From assembly GCA_048013815.1 (NCBI GenBank), contig CM106586.1:19096001-19160000 (forward strand): a stretch of 64,000 nucleotides of DNA. Reading direction: 5' to 3'. This DNA comes from Setoptus koraiensis (taxonomy: Eukaryota > Animalia > Arthropoda). Each line of letters begins with the position of its first letter. Within the stretch, counting starts at the first letter, position 1. Position numbers and translations under genes: made by a program. A model generated the notes under the pieces. That model was not told the DNA's origin. It saw nothing but the letters and a program-made list of their open reading frames with translations, and made no database searches. Of the stretch, positions 23,841 to 33,382 are shown in pieces.

Positions 23841-24674
23841 ATGTCGGATATAGAAGATTCCGAAGTAGAGAACGTCACCAAAGACGAGTCCGGTGATGAA
23901 GAGGAAGCTGAAGAATATGTCGTAGAGAAAATTCTCAAACGACGATGGAACGGCAAAGAGAAGCAGTACGAGTATTTTCTCAAATGGATAGGCTATCCCG
24001 ACGAAGACAACACTTGGGAACCTGAGAGCAACTTGGACTGCCCTGAGCTCATAGCGGCTTTCAACGAAGCAGAAAAAGAGAGAGAGAAGGAGAAAGAAAC
24101 TAAAAAAAAGGCCGGCAAATCAACTGCTCCAAAAAAGAATGGCACCAAGAAAGAAAAAGATGTCGCTAAAAGAAAAAAATTTGTCGACTCCGAAAGTGAA
24201 CCAGAAAGCGTTCACGAAGAAGAGGATCCAATCAGCCCAAAAAAGGCTAAAAACACTGCTGTCGGTGAGGCATCGACAAAATCAAAGTCCACTGCCAAGA
24301 CAGCACCTCCTGCTAAAACACCAACTTCCAAAAAAACTACGACACCGAAGAACTCCACAGCAGACTCAGACTTGGAGAACATGGACGTTGATAACAAGAG
24401 CGCACCCGAAGGCGGTGATCAGGTCAAAAGTAAGAAGAAGACAGCAGATGTCACCGATATATCTCAGTTTGATAGCAACTATCAGCCTGAGAAGATCATC
24501 GGAGCAACTGAGAACAACGGCGATCTCATGTTCTTAATAAAATGGAAAGAAATGGACAAAGCCGACCTCATTAGCTCCAAGATTGCCAGAGTGGCTTGTC
24601 CCCAGATTGTAATTGACTTCTACGAAGAACGTCTGAAATGGACCTCGGGAGAAATATGCCGAACCGACGACTAA
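23841..24674 (+). CDS. HP1: Heterochromatin protein 1 / chromobox homolog, intronless (277 aa)
   Basis: Chromodomain YVVEKIL...[30 protein letters not shown], basic hinge, chromoshadow PEKIIGAT...LMFLIKWK...[15 protein letters not shown]. First ATG at 23841. Confidence 0.95.
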   Translation: MSDIEDSEVENVTKDESGDEEEAEEYVVEKILKRRWNGKEKQYEYFLKWIGYPDEDNTWEPESNLDCPELIAAFNEAEKEREKEKETKKKAGKSTAPKKNGTKKEKDVAKRKKFVDSESEPESVHEEEDPISPKKAKNTAVGEASTKSKSTAKTAPPAKTPTSKKTTTPKNSTADSDLENMDVDNKSAPEGGDQVKSKKKTADVTDISQFDSNYQPEKIIGATENNGDLMFLIKWKEMDKADLISSKIARVACPQIVIDFYEERLKWTSGEICRTDD

Positions 24675-25721
24675 TCAAAACAAAAACCGTTTTTTGTTTA
24701 AATACCATAACTGGCCAAAGCTAGTCGTATTCGCGACCAACTCCTTTGTGAACATATATTTTAGATGTGAATACGTCGGAAAGAAAAGAAAACAATACGT
24801 TTAAGTTATTATTGGTTGTAAAAATAAAATTCACGACGTTGATTGATTCTGTAAAGCATAAATATATAGTCGCCATTACCACTAATAAATCTGTCATTGG
24901 TATATACTTTCCTAGATGAAAAGCATCTTTTAATATCCTGTGAGAACCATTTTACATTAATAAAAGTTGAAATACATGTAACGAATCTACCATGTCAGTT
25001 CTCTCATGCAAATTCTGAAAATGCATTGTAACCTTTGCTGAACATATCTTCCACCTTGCTTTTTCAGCATAAATTTAACGGATGTATCTAGCCATTCTCA
25101 CTAAAAAACCAAGGAAGGGATAAATGGTGATTTACAATGTAAAAAGTCTGACCTTTCACGCTCACATTGCATTCCTATACACATTTGGGCATACCTCGAC
25201 CAAAGCGATGGGTAGCACCAAGATTACGGGTGCAATATTGATCGCAGTGCATCGATGTGATCCAAACTGATGCAAACCGGCGCAAACCGGCTCAAACTGG
25301 CTCAAACTGGCACTAGCAATGTAGCCTACAACACAAGTGGCGGCCTGTAATCAAGATGCATGTGTGCCATCATGGAGACGGAGATTTGGACCGTGGCCAT
25401 GTTAAAATCTCATTCGTTTTACCTCGCTTTCGATGCCCATCCACGTGTGAAAATTCCAGAGATTTTGCAAGGGAGTTCAGGCTTTTTCGGGGAGACATGG
25501 GAGACAGGAGGCGTGGTGCGAGCGAGATAGCGGTGAGTGAGTGCGGTTAGCGATGAAAAATAAAAATAAACATCTTTTCTCTGCAGTGTATCCCCAGCTA
25601 ATTCATCAGGTCCAGGCTCGAAATCCTGCTAACACTTGTTTACGTAATTAATATACTATCATTGTTTGACAGTTATTGCACGATAAATTAAAGCCAACCA
25701 GGGCTACAACGATCACCAACA

Positions 25722-28307
25722 ATGCCATCACAGGATACCAAAAATGGTGGAGTTCAGCATTATTTGATTGAGAGCGCAAGCGAGGCACTAAGGAGAGGAG
25801 ACAAAAGTGCTGCCAAATCATGTTTATTAACGGCTAGATATCTATCAGTCAATGACTCAATAGTCACTTATGAAATTTATCAGATGGCCAAGTCCGACGG
25901 AGACGTTGTCGAGGCATCCAAATGTTTCACCAATATATTCTTAGATCAGTCGACAGCCACCTCTAAATCTTTTTCAAGATCTAAGAAACTCATCGCGGAA
26001 GAAACACGCCTGATGATAAATGATTTATTGCACAGACATCTGAAATTGAAGTCCGTCCTCAATCTACCGCCGGCCGGCATCAAAAACGCATCACTATCGA
26101 CATCATCTTTGGCAGGAAAACGTCGAAGCTCGAGCGATACCCTTGTTATGAACGAGTGTGATACAGAGGAACAATTCTATCATCAATTGTATGAAACCTT
26201 GAGCGATGATATAAAGAAAGAAGTTCTATCTCAAGCAATTGCTGAGTGCGACTCGAAATTAGGACAATGCAGGTTGATGCTACTCTTTCTTATATTATTT
26301 CCGACACAAGATAATCCTGGGGATCAAGGAACCAAATTGCTAGAAACATTACTAGCCATGTCGGACAAGCCAGATACAAGTGAAGATATTGGACTGGCGT
26401 CTTTGATGTCCATCTACTACCTGAGAAATTTATTGATTTCAGATGCATTACCAATAATACTTGAAAACACGCCACAAGATAAAATCGTCGAAAGCCAAGA
26501 TGACATTCTATTGAGGATCTTTAGCTTTTATATCGAATTTTGTATATCCTCATGTTCGATGGAAAACAGTTCCAGTAAGATGCTGGAAGGACACTTAGAT
26601 CAATCGAACAAACAGACGAATATTAGTTGTGATAAAACTATCGAGAAAGAGCACAAGATCGAAATTCAATTTAAATCAGCTTTGCATTCAATTGCCAACA
26701 TCTTAGGCTGGACTTTTATTTGTGAAACGTCTAAACCAAATATTCCAACTAATTGCGCTGAAAGATGGTCTGAGATATCAGACTTCTCTAACAAGGTGGC
26801 TCTTGATTCTACTGACGCTTCTCAAGATTCACAGCAGCCAAATATCAAGCATCGTGGTCGATTCAAGAAACTTGCTTTGTCCCATGATGATGGTCAAAAT
26901 TTGGATCCGGAAAAAACAAAAGATTTCAAACAGTTGTTTTACAGTCTTGTAGAACTCATGTTTCTGAGTGTTGCACAGTATCTTAGACAAACCAAAAATT
27001 TTATTTTGATAGAGAAGAGTACAGAATATGAGATCAATTCACCTTCAGCCAACAATGTCGAGCGTGCCAAAAAGATCAAAATGGAAAATACAGATGAACC
27101 CGACCTCATCAAGTCAACCAAAGATCCTATCATAGGTCGCAATCTCTCTCAGATCGATAACGGTTTCACCAAGCCTGTTGATGAACGCATAGAAAGCTCT
27201 TTTCTAACAGCCGTCAAATGCTATGAAAAATTGACATCTTCGAAGACTCTCAAAGGGTTATGGGACAAATTTCATGATTCCATTGGACTATCTAGATGTT
27301 ATGGCTGGCAAAGACGCTTCCAAATCGATTATTTGATTTATACAAGTTCGTACCAACAGGCGATAGATATTACTTTAGTAGAATGCAAGGAGGTGAATCC
27401 CTATATGGGGTCGATCGATAATGAAGCCATCAAGTTAAGAACCAGTCTACAACTAACCAGTTGCTCATACATGTTAGGTGACAAGTCAAGGACAACAGAT
27501 TACATCTGTAGCTTAATGGAAGATATCAAAAACTTTCATATCATCACTGGTGATGTGGAACAATCATTTAACTTTCATTCTAATTCGACTTTCGAAGATG
27601 CTCATCTCCCAGAGAACAAATGTGTTGATCAGTTGGCGAGGAACCTTGCTTTCCTATCTTTTAATAGTCTTTCATTTTTAACATATTGTATAGATGTTAT
27701 TTTACAAACACTGAAACAAAATACATTTTCCACAACTAAACCACCCGATTCTGAAATCGGTCATCTTATAGTTCTGAGTCAGTATTTATGGCCTAAAGAA
27801 TGCAAACTTTTCAGGCAGTGTGTTCAATTGATACGAAAGCACAAACCGAAGACTGCCACACCACAATCAATATCTCTGACAACAAAATTCACCTACCACT
27901 GTTTCTTCAACTATGTTTACAACCCTTGTATTCTCGAGGAATTTATGGCTCTTTTGCAACAGGGCTACACACTGGATATCAAGTCAGCGGGGCATGTTCA
28001 AACAGGATTATCAGAGCAACCTCAATCTTATTCATCATCTTCCATATCGACAATGAGACAGCAAACTTCGCCAATCTCATCCGCCAATCAAAGTTACACG
28101 AGCTCAAAAGCGATAACCACTAGGGGAGTCAACAAGTCATTTAAGGAGGACATGAAGTCAGCTTTGGTTTGTCAGATGAAAAAGTCAACATCTTCACCAA
28201 ATATAGTTGTATTCATTGATTTTCTATTAGAAGAAGTGCTACCATCTTTGAAGGATCGACCGCAGGGTATCCAATCTAGGAGCAGTACGAAAATTGCCAG
28301 GAGATGA
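25722..28307 (+). CDS. INTS10: Integrator complex subunit 10, intronless (861 aa)
   Basis: N-terminal AKSCLLTARYL..ND..V.YEIY, GHLIVLSQYLWP, FTY..FF.YV....ILEEF and C-terminal ITTRGVNKSFKED, all characteristic of INTS10. Confidence 0.87.
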   Translation: MPSQDTKNGGVQHYLIESASEALRRGDKSAAKSCLLTARYLSVNDSIVTYEIYQMAKSDGDVVEASKCFTNIFLDQSTATSKSFSRSKKLIAEETRLMINDLLHRHLKLKSVLNLPPAGIKNASLSTSSLAGKRRSSSDTLVMNECDTEEQFYHQLYETLSDDIKKEVLSQAIAECDSKLGQCRLMLLFLILFPTQDNPGDQGTKLLETLLAMSDKPDTSEDIGLASLMSIYYLRNLLISDALPIILENTPQDKIVESQDDILLRIFSFYIEFCISSCSMENSSSKMLEGHLDQSNKQTNISCDKTIEKEHKIEIQFKSALHSIANILGWTFICETSKPNIPTNCAERWSEISDFSNKVALDSTDASQDSQQPNIKHRGRFKKLALSHDDGQNLDPEKTKDFKQLFYSLVELMFLSVAQYLRQTKNFILIEKSTEYEINSPSANNVERAKKIKMENTDEPDLIKSTKDPIIGRNLSQIDNGFTKPVDERIESSFLTAVKCYEKLTSSKTLKGLWDKFHDSIGLSRCYGWQRRFQIDYLIYTSSYQQAIDITLVECKEVNPYMGSIDNEAIKLRTSLQLTSCSYMLGDKSRTTDYICSLMEDIKNFHIITGDVEQSFNFHSNSTFEDAHLPENKCVDQLARNLAFLSFNSLSFLTYCIDVILQTLKQNTFSTTKPPDSEIGHLIVLSQYLWPKECKLFRQCVQLIRKHKPKTATPQSISLTTKFTYHCFFNYVYNPCILEEFMALLQQGYTLDIKSAGHVQTGLSEQPQSYSSSSISTMRQQTSPISSANQSYTSSKAITTRGVNKSFKEDMKSALVCQMKKSTSSPNIVVFIDFLLEEVLPSLKDRPQGIQSRSSTKIARR

Positions 28308-28449
28308 TAAAGTAGATCTGAATAGAGAGATTAAAAGTGAAAAGTACCAAAAGATTATATGTTTATGAGATTCGTGCAGCTATACAATGTTTTCTTTGTT
28401 TGCATAGCATTATTCTTTTAATTATTCGAATTCATATTGAGGCAAAACT

Positions 28450-30293
28450 TTATAGCCAAGAGCCGAATCTCATTTTGTTCAACAAGTAGTTTACTAGTTT
28501 AGTGTCTTTGTCCTTGTCATCTAAACCCTCAATTTCAACTTTGTATTCCAGTTCGCAAAGTGTCCTGATTTGATCAGCCCATTGTCTATTCTTCAATATG
28601 TATGGCCTTTGGAGGAGATGCTTAAGTTTGGAGCGATCACGGTTTGACAAAGGTAACTTTTCTTTGGATGTGATATTTGCATTCGACGTCGTATCACACG
28701 GTAGTAGTCCCAACCACTTTATATGTGGTAAAGCCAAATGAGGGTTGTCGAATGCTTGATTCAGAGAACCAAATCTATATATACAAGCTATCTCGATACC
28801 GTGAGGATCACAGTCTGTCAAAATAAAAGTAGGTAGCTTTAGTTTCAGCCACATATATCGTAAAAATGCCCTACTAATCCAATCTGGATAACCCTTTGCT
28901 GTGAAGAGAATTACATTGAATTCGTCTGCGAATTTGTTATTAACAAGCCTTTGCATTATAGCGTCCTTCTCTACTACGAGAATAAATCTTGCGGTAGATT
29001 CTATTTTTGTTATAGAATCACGTGGATTCGGAATGTAGACACCCTCAGATTTTTGTAGACAGTCAAAAGTTTCACCTAAGGAAGAAGATGGAAAAAAAAC
29101 TAGCTGAATTAGAAAACAAAAGTAGAGAGATCATATTTTTTCTCCTTGATAGCGTTTATCTACTTACCAGTAGCAAGTGAAAAGTTTAGATTCCCGTAGA
29201 CTATGCATTTGGACTGAGTTAGTATATTGAGGTGTATCTTGGAGCAACCCAAAAGACAGCAAAGATCATCTAAAATTTCGTCCAATATCCCTGGATTGTA
29301 CTTTTCATTGTTTGTAGATTGTCCCTGATGTTGAGTACCTGTTCTCTGACTCTCCGCTTGTTGAGTATCTAGTCTTTGACTTGCTGTTTGTGGAGGTGTT
29401 TCAAGAAGATTTGAGGCATCTTCTAGGATGGGATTCACATCCTGAGTTTGCGTTGCTGTTTGATTGTCGTTACTGCCATTTCTCCTCCTAGAGGATTTAC
29501 ACCAAACTTGAAATACATAAAACAGATCTCTTTTTGTTACATATGAATTAGTCCTCAGAAGACTAATTACTTTGTCGATGATTTCTTTCATAAAGCGTTG
29601 GCGCTTGATACCTGCTACGGAGTATATTGCTCGATCTCTCGGAACTACTTGTAGAATAGAATTCTCGTCTAGCTCTACATTTTTCCATAACTTTCTGTTA
29701 AGAACCTTCAAAGCGTAACTCGATTTAGTCCTCGTGGGTTCTGTTACTGGGGCGATTGAAGTGTTATTTTCTGACAATGTAGTATCATTCAACTGATTTT
29801 GGGGATGATTTTCATCTGGGTGAAGTTCAGGCATTTCACTATCGCTTATACCTACAACATCAATCTCATCATTAGAATCTTCATGTGTATCAAGATACGA
29901 CAAATCCATGGGTGTGATAGTGCGTACTTCTTCGAGAGATCTTCTTCTAAGTATTTCAAAATTTTCTTCAATTTTGTTTGACAAACGGTTGAGTAGAAAC
30001 AGTAAGGATTCTGTATTATCTTCTCTACTGTAGATAGGCAGTTTGAATAGTCTAGTTATCTGTGTTTCTGCACAGTGGATCCCGGTCAGCTTACGTTGCA
30101 ATTCCTCCAGATTAGACCAAAGGTCTGGACTATGATTGATTGGTCTACAGAATATCGGTTTTGGTTCCAAAATATATTGTTTCTCGTCGAATATATCATC
30201 TGGAGTAAAGTTGATTTGCTCTTCATCGTCGATCAGACTAAATTTCACTCTCTTGTCTATGTGCAAATCATTGAGTGAGCGATGATTTTCCAT
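28450..30293 (-). CDS. SPO11: Meiotic DSB transesterase SPO11, 2 exons (30293-29168, 29075-28450; ~583 aa)
   Basis: TKRDLFY (catalytic Tyr codon 29519-29517), LDDLCCLL, ILVVEKDA (Toprim Glu), TAKGYPD, LTDCDPHGIEI (DxD), K.EIE. A phase-1 GTAAGT...CTTAG intron restores the frame. Confidence 0.93.
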
Positions 30294-30888
30294 TTTTTAA
30301 AATATTACTAAAATCTATAAAGTGGAAATAATAAAAGATCTACGATGATTCAACGATCTTAAAATGCAAATAAATATATATTGAAATGGCATATTAACAA
30401 TTCATTATTCTTATTCATTTCGACCATGTAAGTGTGAAATTATCAATAATGTTAGCACATTATTGCACATAAACTTACAATTACCCCCATGAGTACCGAG
30501 AGAGGGAATAGAAAGATTTGCTCTCCCCCATGTGCGCAGAAAAACTTTTTGATTGATGGTCGGTGCAAGACCGCCAAAATCCAGCAAGCGATTTCCTATT
30601 GCGCACCACGGGGGGCAAAGTTAGTTGTTACGTAATATTGGGGCATATTTCTTTTTTTATTTATTTATTACATAAGCTTTATGTTCTCTAGATATGATCT
30701 ATGTTAATTGTGTCAACGCTATTTTTTTACAATATGTTTGCTCGCACGATCAATATAACTAATCATAACGGATGCTGATTAGGTGGAGCAGTAGCAATAT
30801 TGCCAGCGCTGGATTTCCATGTGAGAATAAATTCAATAACCACTTGTGCTCGAGTTTATCCTTGCCGTATGCACCGATACAGATAAAA

Positions 30889-32142
30889 TTACCTGTAACG
30901 ATTTAGAGGATTAACTAAATTCACCATTCTAGGCTCGCATCTATTATAAAATTCAGCCTTAATTTCATTAAGAACGCGTACATCAAAAGGAGCATTCATC
31001 TCAAATTGAATCGCGTCATGATTGCATCCTTGCGGAACCTCCTTATAGAAACCGGCACAGTCTCCTCTGACATGTTCAGGCAATAAATCAACGCCATCTT
31101 GAAAAGTCGCTACCGGTATGTACTTAGCTAGCTCATTACGAGACGAGGCATAGCGTAGCTTGGAATCTGTTTCGATGGAAGATAATATACGAGATCCGAG
31201 CACTTTGTTGTGCAGTTGAGCGGGGGTGTGCAACGATAACAAACTTGTTCGATGTCTAAATCCTATTATCTGATCGAACAAACCTGGAAATTTATCATCC
31301 AGACCAACTATGAAATTCATGACGGAAAAGCTGGAGAAAATGCCACCATGATTCTCAAAATCAATTAGTAGAATAGCATCAGACTCGTAGTTGTGTCTTT
31401 GTTCCCAATCTTGTATCCACCATGCTATTGCTTGCAGAATAAAGTAGATAGCTGGATGTTCTGCTGCAGCACCATTATTGCTCAATCTTACTTCAGGGGA
31501 TTCAAAATCATGAGGTTGCCTACCGTGAAATTTGTCCAAGAATTTAATTGTACTCTTGGCCAACGAATACATGGATCTAGCATAATTAGCTACGATTCTC
31601 TTCGGTGAATATTTTTCCAATCGCTTGACAACTCGACCCAGTGCACCCACGCGCAACCAGATCACTGGTACTCCTGGAAATCTCTGTCCCTCGTGAATAA
31701 TATCATTCGAGACACCATGCTCGAAGATTAAGCCTAGCGCGAAGATATCACAAGGGAAATTCTCTGGTCTTAGAGATGATAGCTCGTATTTCCTTCTCCA
31801 TCTTAGGGTTTTGATTGCTAATTGATAAGCTCTTCCGAGGTCGTAACTTCTCTGCTCAAGAAATCTTCTAGCATGCCAATCATTCTCAGACTCTACTACA
31901 TTCTTTATATCTGCAGGATCGTAAAGGTCAGGTCTTCTGTTAACTTCTTGGACAATCATATCTCTTAGATAGTTTACCATCTCCTCTGGAGGTATGTTCG
32001 GGTCAATTATAGGTATCGCAACCTCATCCTGAAGTTCGTTGTTGACTGGGGCAACCAGCTCTTCTGGATTCGCATTTATCGAGTACGAATATATGGTCAA
32101 GAGAGCCCCCAGAACTAAAAACAAAAAACGATACATATTCAT
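30889..32142 (-). CDS. CRAL-TRIO (Sec14-like, MOSPD2-related) lipid-binding protein with N-terminal signal peptide, intronless
   Basis: DW.ARRFL.....DL..A..L....L.WRR.Y.L..L....FP..IF.LG.IFEHG resembles CRAL_TRIO_N/MOSPD2; LLIDFEN, LDDKFPGLFDQI and LLPEHVRG are degenerate CRAL-TRIO elements. MNMYRFLFLVLGALLTIYSYSINA looks like a signal peptide. Confidence 0.72.
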   Translation of the reverse strand: MNMYRFLFLVLGALLTIYSYSINANPEELVAPVNNELQDEVAIPIIDPNIPPEEMVNYLRDMIVQEVNRRPDLYDPADIKNVVESENDWHARRFLEQRSYDLGRAYQLAIKTLRWRRKYELSSLRPENFPCDIFALGLIFEHGVSNDIIHEGQRFPGVPVIWLRVGALGRVVKRLEKYSPKRIVANYARSMYSLAKSTIKFLDKFHGRQPHDFESPEVRLSNNGAAAEHPAIYFILQAIAWWIQDWEQRHNYESDAILLIDFENHGGIFSSFSVMNFIVGLDDKFPGLFDQIIGFRHRTSLLSLHTPAQLHNKVLGSRILSSIETDSKLRYASSRNELAKYIPVATFQDGVDLLPEHVRGDCAGFYKEVPQGCNHDAIQFEMNAPFDVRVLNEIKAEFYNRCEPRMVNLVNPLNRYR

Positions 32143-32715
32143 GTTGATAATTAATTTAATAATTTTGCTAGCCTCAGGTACAAGTAACAAATTTATGATA
32201 TCAAGCAGAAAACATTGCAACCTCCTCAGTTATCAATCCTATATCACATGCACTTTTGTCGTGACGTGATAAAACTATTTTTAGAATATTCTTCCCAATG
32301 ATGTGCTGTTGTGATAGAGGAAAAAATATGGATTCAATCTGTAAAGTGAATTGATATGTGAACTAAACAGAGATCTTTCGTGCTACTGAGAGCTCTATGC
32401 AACTCAGTCTGTTCTTATTCCACTAGAATGTTGACTATGAAACTATTCATCACCAATTTGTGGGACGAATCTATCATTAATATAGAAATTAATGTGAACA
32501 TTGACTGACATCTCCAGAGGCAGTTCGTTGAATTATTGTCAGCACATTTTACATGTACTTATTGGTTCTATTGATTATAAATATGTTGATGTTAAAGTCT
32601 ACATTTTAGTCAAGATCGATTTTTATTTTAATTTACATTATCGGCGGATCCTATTATAACTTTCTATGAAGATCTGTGATCAATAATCAATCAATCTTAA
32701 TAGTATAAGATCTAA

Positions 32716-33382
32716 TTATGCCATCCTGGCAGTCTGTTTCATTCTTCCTCTTCTAGCTCTTGTTGCGGAGGGAATGGATTGAGTAGGATTGTTCAGCGCA
32801 TTAGAATCATTATCTATGTTATTTGATTTTATAGCACAATCCTGGCAGATTACGGGCGATTTTTGGGGATTGTCAAATACAATATATTTATCACCCCTTC
32901 GCATAATTTTATGACAGCACGAACATGTGAAACAGTTGTCATGAAAGAATAGTCTTTGTTGCATCTGATTCGCAGGGACGCCATGCATCGAGGCTGTAGA
33001 AGAAAAATACATCGATGTCATTAGTTAGAGTTGATAGATGAAATCAAATGTTTTAAATGGTATCGTTGTTGATATACTAACCTTGGTTAGACGAACGCTC
33101 CACAGAGAAGAACGATTGTCCATTACTGATCTTGTTATTACAACCGAAACATTTGGGCCCATAATGAAGTATGTAATCCTCCCAGCAGAACATCTGTCCA
33201 CAGGCCTCAAAATATTTTCTTTCGAGAACTTTGCTACATTTAGAGCATCTTAAGCAATCGTTGTGAAAGAAATTGTTTGAGTTCTTGGGAGTCTCGGCCA
33301 TCTGACGATCAAAGATCTCTCGGTTGCATCTTCGGCACCTGAATAGTTGACCCTCCTGCTTGACTTGATGCAGAACATCCAT
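32716..33382 (-). CDS. Two-LIM-domain protein (LIM-HD/LMO-like) without homeodomain, 2 exons (33382-33082, 32993-32716; ~192 aa)
   Basis: LIM1 CRRC...FHNDCLRCSKC...FCWEDY and LIM2 KCFGC...FHDNCFTCSCC...ICQDC. A phase-1 GTTAGT...CTACAG intron joins the two ORFs. Confidence 0.82.

Noticed and set aside
30525-30615. Tiny TIR element (cccccatgtgcgca ... tgcgcaccacgggggg) upstream of SPO11
   Set aside because: Arms are short and imperfect, and no TSD was found.
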